From positions 161,814-225,813 of the forward strand of contig JAPKZD010000003.1 of assembly GCA_026393975.1 (NCBI GenBank): a DNA stretch of 64,000 nucleotides. Direction: 5' to 3'. Positions 17,888-25,765 of this stretch are shown in pieces. Origin of the DNA: Candidatus Aminicenantes bacterium. Lineage in GTDB: Bacteria; Acidobacteriota; Aminicenantia; Aminicenantales; Saccharicenantaceae. The translations under genes were made by a program, and so were the position numbers. The notes beneath the pieces were generated by a model. That model was not told where the DNA came from. It was given only the letters and a program-made list of their open reading frames with translations, and made no database searches. Position 1 is the first letter of the stretch, and each line of letters starts with the position of its first letter.

Positions 17888-20470
17888 ATGCGCTGGGATC
17901 AGTTCACCGTCATGTCCCAGGAAGCCGTCCAAAAGGCCCAGGGCCGGGCCGAGGAGATGGGCCATCAGGAGATCCGGCCCGAGCATCTGCTCTGGAGCTT
18001 TCTCGCCCAGGACGAGAATATCGTCAATTCCATTCTGGCCAAGATCGGCGCGCCGGCGGCGAAGATCCGGTCCGACATCGACGCAGCCCTCGACCGCCTG
18101 CCCAAGGTCAGTGGGGGAGGGGAAACCGCTCTCTCGCCGGCCCTGCGTCAGGTCCTGGACGCGGCCCGGAAGGAGGCCGAACAGCTCAAGGATGAGTACG
18201 TCTCGACCGAACATCTCTTCCTGGCCATGCTCAAGGAGGGGACAAGCGAGGCCGCCCGGATCCTCCGCGCCAACGGCGTCACCGAAGAGGTCGTCCTCAA
18301 AGCCTTGGCCTCGATCCGCGGCTCTCAGCGGGTGACGGACCCCGAACCCGAGGGCAAGTACCGGGTCCTCGAGAAATACGCCCGCGATCTCACAGCCATG
18401 GCCCGCCAGGGCAAGCTCGACCCGGTCATCGGCCGGGAGGACGAGATCCGCCGGGTCATCCAGGTCCTGTCGCGCCGGACGAAGAACAATCCCGTTCTCA
18501 TCGGCGAGGCTGGCGTCGGCAAGACGGCCGTCGTCGAAGGGCTGGCCCAGCGCATCGCCAACGGTGACGTTCCCCAGTCGCTGAAGAACAAGCGCCTCAT
18601 GGCCCTCGACATCGGGGCCCTCGTTGCCGGGACGAAGTTCCGGGGCGAGTTCGAGGACCGTCTCAAGGCCGTCCTCAAGGAGGTCGGCGAGGCCGGGGGC
18701 GACGTCGTCCTCTTCATCGATGAACTCCATACGATCATTGGCGCCGGCGCGGCCGAGGGCGCGGTCGACGCCTCGAACATGCTCAAGCCGGCCCTGGCCC
18801 GGGGCGAGCTCCGCTGCGTCGGGGCGACGACCCTCAACGAATATAAAAAGCACATCGAAAAGGATGCCGCGCTGGAGCGCCGTTTCCAGCAGGTCTACAT
18901 CGACGAGCCGACGGTCGAGGAGACGATCTCCATCCTCCGCGGCCTCAAGGAGAAATACGAGGTACACCATGGCGTCAGGATCAAGGACTCGGCCCTTGTC
19001 GCCGCGGCGACGCTGTCGTCGCGCTACATCACCAGCCGCTTCCTCCCGGACAAGGCCATCGACCTCGTCGACGAGGCCGCCGCGCGCATCCGCATCCAGA
19101 TCGACAGCCTGCCCGAGGAGCTCGACGAGCTCGACCGCCGCACCCTCCAGCTCGAGATCGAGCGCCAGGCCTTGAGGAAAGAGAAGGACCCGGCCTCGCG
19201 GGACAGGCTGGAGAAGATCGAGGAGGAGCTGGCCAACCTCAAGGAGCGGGCCGGTGCCCTGCGCGGCCGCTGGCAGAAGGAAAAGGAGACGATCGAGACC
19301 GGCGGACGTCTCAAGGAAAAACGCGACGCCCTCAAGGTCGAGGAGCAAAGCGCCGAGAGGCGCGGCGACCTGGAGAAGGCGGCCGAGATCCGCTACGGCA
19401 AGCTTATCGAGCTTCAGAAGGAGATGGACAAGGCCGCGGCCGCCCTGGCCGCCATCCAGGCCAAGGGCCGGATGCTCAAAGAGGAGGTCGACGAGGAGGA
19501 CGTGGCCCAGGTCGTCTCCAAGTGGACCGGGATCCCCGTCGTCAAGATGCTCGAGGGCGAAGTCGACCGGCTCATCCGCATGGAGGAGATCCTGGGGAAG
19601 CGGGTCATCGGCCAGGAGACGGCCATCCGGGCCGTCGCCGCGACCGTCAGGCGCTCCCGGGCCGGTATCCAGGAAGCTGGCCGGCCCATCGGCTCGTTCA
19701 TCTTCCTCGGGCCGACGGGTGTCGGCAAGACGGAGCTGGCCCGGGCCCTGGCCGAGTTCCTGTTCGACGACGAGAAGGCCATGGTCCGGCTGGACATGTC
19801 CGAATACATGGAGAAGCACACGGTCAGCCGTCTCGTCGGCGCGCCGCCGGGCTACGTCGGATACGAGGAAGGCGGCCAGCTGACCGAGGCCGTCAAGCGC
19901 CGGCCCTACGCGCTCGTCCTCCTCGACGAGATCGAGAAGGCCCACCCCGACGTCTTCAACGTCTTGCTCCAGATCCTCGAGGACGGCCGGCTGACGGACG
20001 GCAAGGGCCGGACGGTCGACTTCAAGAACACGCTGATCATCATGACCTCGAACCTCGGCGGCCCGGTCATCAAGGAGCTCAGTGGCGATTACGGAGCCAT
20101 GGAGAAAGAGGTCCTGAAAATTCTCGAAGCCCAGTTCAAGCCCGAGTTCCTCAACCGCATCGACGAGGTCATCATCTTCAGGCCGCTGGGGAAGGACGCC
20201 ATCCTCGAGATCGTTGGGCTCCAGCTAGAGCTCCTGGGCAAAAGGCTGGCCGACCGCAAGATCGGCCTGGAAGTCTCAAAGGCGGCCAAGGAGCTCCTGG
20301 CGGAGAGGGGCTTCGACCCCGTCTATGGCGCACGCCCCCTCAAACGGACGATCCAGAGAGAGGTCCAGAACCCCCTGGCAATGAAGATCCTGGCCGGGGA
20401 GTTCGGGGAGGGCGACACGGTCGCGATCGGCGTCGACAAGAAGGGGGAGCTCATCTTCAAGAAAAACTAG
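17888..20470 (+). CDS. clpB: Chaperone ClpB (Hsp100 disaggregase)
   Basis: Two AAA+ modules ([15 protein letters not shown] and [11 protein letters not shown]), a coiled-coil middle domain, and a Clp N-domain. An ATG after GGGAGG is chosen over the GTG at 17879. Confidence 0.95.
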   Translation: MRWDQFTVMSQEAVQKAQGRAEEMGHQEIRPEHLLWSFLAQDENIVNSILAKIGAPAAKIRSDIDAALDRLPKVSGGGETALSPALRQVLDAARKEAEQLKDEYVSTEHLFLAMLKEGTSEAARILRANGVTEEVVLKALASIRGSQRVTDPEPEGKYRVLEKYARDLTAMARQGKLDPVIGREDEIRRVIQVLSRRTKNNPVLIGEAGVGKTAVVEGLAQRIANGDVPQSLKNKRLMALDIGALVAGTKFRGEFEDRLKAVLKEVGEAGGDVVLFIDELHTIIGAGAAEGAVDASNMLKPALARGELRCVGATTLNEYKKHIEKDAALERRFQQVYIDEPTVEETISILRGLKEKYEVHHGVRIKDSALVAAATLSSRYITSRFLPDKAIDLVDEAAARIRIQIDSLPEELDELDRRTLQLEIERQALRKEKDPASRDRLEKIEEELANLKERAGALRGRWQKEKETIETGGRLKEKRDALKVEEQSAERRGDLEKAAEIRYGKLIELQKEMDKAAAALAAIQAKGRMLKEEVDEEDVAQVVSKWTGIPVVKMLEGEVDRLIRMEEILGKRVIGQETAIRAVAATVRRSRAGIQEAGRPIGSFIFLGPTGVGKTELARALAEFLFDDEKAMVRLDMSEYMEKHTVSRLVGAPPGYVGYEEGGQLTEAVKRRPYALVLLDEIEKAHPDVFNVLLQILEDGRLTDGKGRTVDFKNTLIIMTSNLGGPVIKELSGDYGAMEKEVLKILEAQFKPEFLNRIDEVIIFRPLGKDAILEIVGLQLELLGKRLADRKIGLEVSKAAKELLAERGFDPVYGARPLKRTIQREVQNPLAMKILAGEFGEGDTVAIGVDKKGELIFKKN

Positions 20471-20520
20471 CCGGCCGAGCGGCCGGCCCGCATGCCCTCG
20501 TATATAGGGGAATAAAAAAA

Positions 20521-20593
20521 TGGCTAGGGGCGGAATCGAACCGTCGACGCAAGGATTTTCAGTCCTTCGCTCTACCGACTGAGCTACCTAGCC
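20521..20593 (-). tRNA. tRNA-Phe (anticodon GAA), CCA not encoded
   Basis: The reverse complement folds as a cloverleaf. Acceptor GGCTAGG/CCTAGCC, D-arm GCTC/GAGC, anticodon stem AAGGA/TCCTT with loop CTGAAAA (GAA), T-loop TTCGATT. There is one A.C mismatch in the T-stem. A consensus promoter sits upstream on the minus strand. Confidence 0.85.
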
Positions 20594-20626
20594 ATTGACG
20601 TCCGGCCGGGCCGAACAGCCCAACCA

Positions 20627-20654
20627 GTATATAAACCCGGTCTCTCAAAGTCAA
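20627..20654 (-). promoter_or_regulatory. Putative promoter of tRNA-Phe (TTGACT-16-TATACT on the minus strand)
   Basis: Reverse complement of 20649-20654 is TTGACT and of 20627-20632 is TATACT. About 30 nt lie between it and the tRNA 5' end. Confidence 0.45.
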
Positions 20655-20766
20655 CATTCCCCGCCCATGAAGAACGGGGATACGGACAGGAGGTCTCTGT
20701 CCCTCCAATGGCCAGAGCCGAAGTGTCGAGCGAGCTCAAGGGCGAACGAGACAACCGCTGAACCCG

Positions 20767-20903
20767 GAGCCGAGGGGTGTCGCCGGAGGGAGCATAAAGC
20801 GGTGATTTAGACTTCCTGCGCCGGATACGCGGACTCCTCCCATCGGATCCGGCGCGGGAAGGCGTTAAAAATCAGCGCAGCGAACGAAGACGACCCCCGA
20901 GGC
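20767..20903 (+). repeat. Structured intergenic repeat, copy A (plus orientation)
   Basis: gAGCCGAGGGGTGTCGCCGGAGGGAGCATAAAGCGGTGATTTAG...GCGCCGGAT[ACGCGGACTCCTCCCATCGG]ATCCGGCGC...GTTAAAAATCAGCGCAGCGAACGAAGACGACCCCCGAGGC. Shares about 85% identity with copies C and D. It is immediately followed by TTGAAA-17-TATTCT. Confidence 0.8.
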
Positions 20904-20907
20904 GAAA

Positions 20908-20936
20908 TTGAAAAGGGGCGGTCGATATGTTATTCT
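20908..20936 (+). promoter_or_regulatory. Putative promoter of the DUF465 gene (TTGAAA-17-TATTCT) abutting repeat copy A
   Basis: TTGAAA at 20908-20913 and TATTCT at 20931-20936. GGAGGA RBS, then ATG 20959. Confidence 0.4.
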
Positions 20937-20958
20937 GGCCACTGGAGGAACCGGCCGG

Positions 20959-21180
20959 ATGGAAGAAAAGGAACTCAAGGAGCTTCTCCTCAGGGAAAAC
21001 GCCGAATTCCGAAGGGCCCACGGTGACCACCAGGAGTGCGAAAAGGCCCTCGACGCGATCCGCGGCAAGACCCATCTCTCGGCCGCCGAGGTTGACGAGG
21101 AGCGGGAACTCAAGAAAAAGAAGCTCGCCCTCAAGGACCGGATGTACCGGCTCATGTCGGACTACCTCAGGACGCCCTAG
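20959..21180 (+). CDS. DUF465 (YdcH-like) small protein
   Basis: ..LLRENAEFRRAHGDHQECEKALDAIRGK...LSAAEVDEERELKKKKLALKDRMYRLMSDY matches the DUF465 pattern (H-x-x-L-D..I..L... E.LKK.KL.LKDEI). The internal ATG with an RBS is chosen over the ORF-track start at 20908. Confidence 0.6.
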   Translation: MEEKELKELLLRENAEFRRAHGDHQECEKALDAIRGKTHLSAAEVDEERELKKKKLALKDRMYRLMSDYLRTP

Positions 21181-21188
21181 GGACCTCG

Positions 21189-22217
21189 ATGGCCCAAGCC
21201 AAGTCCCGGAAACCCCGCCTGGCCCTGGTCGGCCCGGAATCGCTCAAAGGCAAGGAGATCCTCGGTGTCCTCAACGCCAAGAAGTTCCCGCTCGCCTCGT
21301 TCGAGTTCTACGACCCCGACGTCGAGCAGGAGTATAGCAAGCTCGGCCAGTTCCGGGACGAAGCGAAGGTCATCCATGCCCTGACTCCGGCATCGCTCGA
21401 AGGTCTGGACCTCGTTTTTCTGGCCGCGGATGCCAAGACCAACCTTCAATACGGGCGCCTGGCCGCCGATAAGGACTACCGGGCGGTCGACTTGGGCGAG
21501 ACCTTCAATGCCGACGCCGAGGTCCCGCTCATCGTCGCCGGCGTCAACGACGCCGCGATCCGGAAAACGAAACCGGCGCTCATCGCCAACCCGAACCCGG
21601 CGACGATCATGCTGTCGCATCTCCTTCATTCTTTACGGGCCGACTTCGGCGTCGCCAAAGCCATCGCCTTCGTTCTCGAACCGGTCTCGGCCTACGCGGA
21701 GGAGGGGATCCAGGAGCTGGCCGAGCAGAGCTACGCCCTCCTCGGCAGCACGGCTATGTGCAAAAAGGTCTTTCCCGACCAGGTCGCCTTCAACCTGCTG
21801 TCGGGGACGGCCAAGCCCGAAAAGAACGGCTTCTCGGCCCTGGAGAACCGGGTCCTCGCCGAGGTCCGGCGGGTCCTCGGCCCGGCGGATATTTCCCTCT
21901 CCCTGTCGATCGTCCTCGCCCCTGTCTTCCATACCTACGCGATCATGTCCTATGTCGAAATCGGGCGGGAGGCCTCGGCCCCCGACCTTGAAGCCTGTCT
22001 CAAGAAAAACGATATCTTCCGGTTCCCGGTCGCCGGCGACACCGGCGTCGTCTCCCCGGTGACGGCTGCCGGGAAAGACCGGATCTTCGTCGGTCCGATC
22101 AAGAAGGATACGGCCATCCCCCGGGGATTCTGGATATGGATCGTCGCCGACAACCTGACCGTGGGCTCGGCCCTCAACGCCTACGGCATCGCCCGGGCCC
22201 TGTTCGGGGAGCCTTGA
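21189..22217 (+). CDS. Aspartate-semialdehyde dehydrogenase (Asd) family paralog lacking the catalytic Cys; probable pseudoenzyme
   Basis: 342 aa. Collinear with Gram-positive-type Asd (LIANPNPATIMLS vs IIANPNCSTIQMV; GFWIWIVADNL vs GFHLWVVSDNL). The Cys nucleophile is Pro, the substrate Arg of the VRVP motif is Leu (IVLAPVFH), and the GxxGxxG is degenerate (GPESLKG). Confidence 0.75.
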   Translation: MAQAKSRKPRLALVGPESLKGKEILGVLNAKKFPLASFEFYDPDVEQEYSKLGQFRDEAKVIHALTPASLEGLDLVFLAADAKTNLQYGRLAADKDYRAVDLGETFNADAEVPLIVAGVNDAAIRKTKPALIANPNPATIMLSHLLHSLRADFGVAKAIAFVLEPVSAYAEEGIQELAEQSYALLGSTAMCKKVFPDQVAFNLLSGTAKPEKNGFSALENRVLAEVRRVLGPADISLSLSIVLAPVFHTYAIMSYVEIGREASAPDLEACLKKNDIFRFPVAGDTGVVSPVTAAGKDRIFVGPIKKDTAIPRGFWIWIVADNLTVGSALNAYGIARALFGEP

Positions 22218-22260
22218 CCGAGAACGCAAAACGCGTCGCGAATAACGAGGAGCTCATCTC

Positions 22261-23139
22261 ATGATACTAGGCATGACCGGCTTCGCCGAAAGGAATTTCG
22301 CCTCTCCCACCCTTCGGCTGAAGATCAGCATCAAGACCCTTAACCACCGCTTCTTCGACTGGTCGTACAAGGGCGTCCCCCTCGGCGAGGCCGAAAGCCG
22401 CCTCCGGGCCCTCTGCCAGAAACGGATCCGCCGGGGACGGGTGGAGGTCTTCCTGGAGCTCGTTTCGTTCAGCCCCGAAAGCTGGAATTTCACGTTGAAC
22501 GAAGGGCTCCTCGAGAAGATCCTGGCCGCCCTCGACCGCGTCTCCCGCCGGACGGGCCGCCGCCTTGAGATCTCCCTCGACGGCCTCTTCCGCGTACCCC
22601 AGCTCGTCGAGGTCGGCCGGAAGGCCTTCGGCCCCAAGGAAGCCGCCTTCCTCGGGCGGAGTTTTTCCAGGACCCTGGACGACGTTCTGGCGCTGCGACG
22701 CCGGGAAGGGAAGGAGACCGCCCGCCAGCTCCGGACCCACGTCGACGCCGTGCGGCGCTGTGTCGCCCGGATCGAAGGGCGGTTCAGGCGCCAGCCGGCC
22801 CTCCTCCAGGAGAAGCTCAAAAAGCGGCTGAGAGACCTCAACGGCGGCTCGCACGTCTCGGAAGGCAAGCTGGCCGAGGAAGCGTCTTTCCTGGCCCAGC
22901 GCTACGACCTGGCCGAAGAGATCGGCCGGCTCAAGACCCACCTTGACTCCTTCGAGGCGCTCATCTCGCCCAAGGTCGGCGACCCCGTCGGCAGACAGCT
23001 CGATTTTCTGGCCCAGGAGCTCAACCGCGAGGCCAACACCCTGGCCTCGAAATCCCAGGACATTCACATCACCCGGGAGAGCCTGGCCATCAAGAACGAG
23101 CTCGAGAGCATCCGTCAGCACGTCCAGAATATCGAATAG
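22261..23139 (+). CDS. yicC: YicC-family stress-induced protein
   Basis: 292 aa. MTGF..., YicC N-terminal and C-terminal DUF1732-like regions. Classic yicC-gmk neighbourhood. Confidence 0.8.
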   Translation: MILGMTGFAERNFASPTLRLKISIKTLNHRFFDWSYKGVPLGEAESRLRALCQKRIRRGRVEVFLELVSFSPESWNFTLNEGLLEKILAALDRVSRRTGRRLEISLDGLFRVPQLVEVGRKAFGPKEAAFLGRSFSRTLDDVLALRRREGKETARQLRTHVDAVRRCVARIEGRFRRQPALLQEKLKKRLRDLNGGSHVSEGKLAEEASFLAQRYDLAEEIGRLKTHLDSFEALISPKVGDPVGRQLDFLAQELNREANTLASKSQDIHITRESLAIKNELESIRQHVQNIE

Positions 23140-23152
23140 GGGAGCGAACGAC

Positions 23153-23761
23153 ATGCTCTTCGTCATCAGCGGGCCATCGGGTTGCGGCAAGTCGACCCTC
23201 ATCAGGAAAGTGCGGCGGAGCCTGGGCGATCTCGAATTCTCGGTCTCCCACACGACGCGGCCGCGCCGACCTTCGGAAAAGGACGGCGTCGATTACCATT
23301 TCGTCCCGGCCAAGACCTTCGAGCGAATGGTCCGGGAGAAGCGTTTCGTCGAATGGGCCCGCGTCCACGGCCATCTCTACGGCACATCCCGGGCCGAGAT
23401 CGAGCGAAAAGGCCGCCGCGGCGACGTCGTCCTCGACATCGACGTCCAGGGCGCCCGCCAGGTCCGTACGCGCTTCCCCGGGGCCGTCCACATCTTTATT
23501 ATGCCCCCGGTCGCCGGCGAGCTCCGGCGGAGGCTCGTGCGGCGGCGCGAGGACAGCCCGGAGGCCGTGGAACGGCGCCTGCGGAATGCCCGGGCCGAAA
23601 TCCGGGCTTACGACGAGTTCGACTACGTCGTCGTCAACGACGACCTCGCCAAGGCCGCGGCCGACCTCAAGGCCGTCATCGTCGCCTCTCGCCACAAGGC
23701 CTGTGTCATGGCCGAGAGGCTCAAACCCGTCCTGCGGAGCTTTCAGAAAGGCCGTCCATGA
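23153..23761 (+). CDS. gmk: Guanylate kinase
   Basis: ISGPSGCGKSTL P-loop. RBS AGGGGAG, then ATG 23153. Confidence 0.9.
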   Translation: MLFVISGPSGCGKSTLIRKVRRSLGDLEFSVSHTTRPRRPSEKDGVDYHFVPAKTFERMVREKRFVEWARVHGHLYGTSRAEIERKGRRGDVVLDIDVQGARQVRTRFPGAVHIFIMPPVAGELRRRLVRRREDSPEAVERRLRNARAEIRAYDEFDYVVVNDDLAKAAADLKAVIVASRHKACVMAERLKPVLRSFQKGRP

Positions 23762-24954
23762 AAAAAGTCGCCCTGGGGGTTTCTTCGTCCATCGGGATCT
23801 ACAAGGCCTGCGAGGTCGTCCGGGGATTCCAGAAAAACGGCGTCGAGGTCCAGGTCGTCATGACGCCCAACGCCGCCCGGCTCATCTCGCCGCTCCTCTT
23901 CAGCGGCCTGTCGGGGACGACGACCATCGTCGGCCTCTTCGAGGAGCCCATGGCCCGGGCCGTCGGCCATATTTCGCTGGCCAAGGAGATCGCTCTCCTC
24001 TGCGTCGCCCCGGCCACGGCCAACGTCATCGGCAAGTTCTCGGGCGGCGTCGCCGACGATTTTCTGTCGACGCTCTTCCTAGCGTCGCGCGCGCCGGTCC
24101 TCATCGCCCCGGCCATGAACGAGGCCATGTATCTCCACCCCCAGACCCAGGCCAACATTGCCCGCCTCCGGGCCCTGGGGGTCGAATTCGTCGAGCCGGA
24201 AAAGGGCTACCTCGCCTGCGGCGACGAAGGCTGGGGACGCCTGGCCGAGCCAGAAGCTATAGTCAAGGAAGGGTTGCGGCTCATCGGCCGGACGGCGAGC
24301 CTCAAGGGGAAAACAGTCCTGGTCACCGCGGGCCCGACCCGGGAGCCCCTCGACCCCGTCCGTTTCCTCTCCAACCCGTCGTCGGGAAAGATGGGTTATG
24401 CGCTGGCTCGGGAGGCGGTCGCCCGGGGGGCGGAGGTCGTCCTTGTCTCCGGCCCGACCTCGCTCGTCCCTCCGGCCGGGGCGCGGACAGAATTCGTCCA
24501 GACCGCGGCCGAGATGCAGGAGGCCTGCCTGCGGGCCTTCCCCAAGGCGGACATCGTGGTCATGGCCGCTGCCGTCTCCGACTTCCGCTTCAAAGAAGTC
24601 CGACCGCGCAAGGCCGCGAAGGCCGAGGTCGGTCCCGCCCTGGCCATCGAGAAGACGCCGGACGTCCTGGCCCTGCTCGGCGGGAAGAAGCGCCCGGGCC
24701 AGCTCCGCGTCGGTTTCGCCGCGGAGACGCATGACATCCTGGCCCACGCCCGGAAGAAGCTGGCGGCGAAGAACGCCGACCTCATGGTCGCCAATGCTGT
24801 CGGCGAGGGCAAGGGGTTCGGGACCGACGACAACGCCGTCCGGATCATCGCCGCCTCCGGGCCCGTCCAGGAGACGGGTCTCCTGAGCAAGCGGGAGACG
24901 AGCCGGGTCATTTTCGACCGCATCGAGGCCGCCCTTGAAAAAAAGCGCCGCTGA
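23758..24954 (+). CDS. coaBC: Bifunctional phosphopantothenoylcysteine decarboxylase / phosphopantothenate-cysteine ligase
   Basis: An N-terminal flavoprotein domain (GVSSSIGIYKA..) and a C-terminal CoaB domain (GKTVLVTAGPTREPLDPVRFLSNPSSGKMG). ATGA overlap with gmk. Confidence 0.9.
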   Translation: MKKVALGVSSSIGIYKACEVVRGFQKNGVEVQVVMTPNAARLISPLLFSGLSGTTTIVGLFEEPMARAVGHISLAKEIALLCVAPATANVIGKFSGGVADDFLSTLFLASRAPVLIAPAMNEAMYLHPQTQANIARLRALGVEFVEPEKGYLACGDEGWGRLAEPEAIVKEGLRLIGRTASLKGKTVLVTAGPTREPLDPVRFLSNPSSGKMGYALAREAVARGAEVVLVSGPTSLVPPAGARTEFVQTAAEMQEACLRAFPKADIVVMAAAVSDFRFKEVRPRKAAKAEVGPALAIEKTPDVLALLGGKKRPGQLRVGFAAETHDILAHARKKLAAKNADLMVANAVGEGKGFGTDDNAVRIIAASGPVQETGLLSKRETSRVIFDRIEAALEKKRR

Positions 24955-25765
24955 CATCTGGGATGACCTCAAGGGCCAGGTCGATTTCCTGACTGAGGCC
25001 GGGGTCGGGTTCGTCCTCAAGCCGGCCAAGGGGAGAAGCGCTGGGGATTCGTCACGGAGCGTCCCTCCGGCCCTCCGGCAGACGGCTTTCCGCCCCGCCG
25101 CCGCGGCTTCCGTCCGGGCCCAGGCCCGCGACATCAAGCCCCTGCCGCCCGCCGCTCCCCCTTTGCCGTCTCTCGCCGGCCTCCCCGCGCAGACGGCCGC
25201 CGAGAAGCGATCCCTCGAAGAGATCGACAAGCAAGTCCTCGTCTGCAGGCTCTGCCCCCTCCACAAGCTCAGGACGCACGCCGTGCCCGGCGAGGGCAGC
25301 CGGTCGGCCGAGCTGATGTTCATCGGCGAAGCCCCGGGCCGGGACGAAGACGCCCAGGGCCGGCCGTTCGTCGGCCGGGCCGGCCAGCTCCTCCGGAAGA
25401 TCATCGCGGCCATGAAGTTCCGCGAAGACGAGGTCTACATCACCAACATCGTCAAGTGCCGCCCGCCCGACAACCGCGTCCCCCACCGCGAGGAGGAGGA
25501 GGCTTGCTCGCCTTACCTCGTCCGCCAGATCGAGCTCATCCGGCCGCGCGTCATCGTCACCTTGGGGAAGACGCCGACGGATTATTTCGTCCCCGGCCGC
25601 GAAGGCATGACGGCCCGGCGCGGGAATTTCGGGGACTACCGAGGCATTCCGGTCATGCCGACCTTCCACCCCTCCTATCTCGTCCGCAACGAAGGCAACC
25701 GGGAGCTCAAGCGCATGGTCTGGGAGGACATGCAGAAGGTCATGGCCCTTCTCGGCGGAAAATGA
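24935..25765 (+). CDS. Uracil-DNA glycosylase family 4 (Fe-S) with ~95-aa Pro/Ala-rich N-terminal extension
   Basis: CRLCPL...MFIGEAPG...VYITNIVKCRPP...HPS motifs. The only in-frame start is TTG at 24935, 20 nt inside coaBC. Confidence 0.75.
   Translation: MKKSAADIWDDLKGQVDFLTEAGVGFVLKPAKGRSAGDSSRSVPPALRQTAFRPAAAASVRAQARDIKPLPPAAPPLPSLAGLPAQTAAEKRSLEEIDKQVLVCRLCPLHKLRTHAVPGEGSRSAELMFIGEAPGRDEDAQGRPFVGRAGQLLRKIIAAMKFREDEVYITNIVKCRPPDNRVPHREEEEACSPYLVRQIELIRPRVIVTLGKTPTDYFVPGREGMTARRGNFGDYRGIPVMPTFHPSYLVRNEGNRELKRMVWEDMQKVMALLGGK

Noticed and set aside
25456-25761. Upstream extension of priA
   Set aside because: It overlaps the UDG gene in another frame. The PriA N-terminus and an ATGA-coupled start are at 25762.
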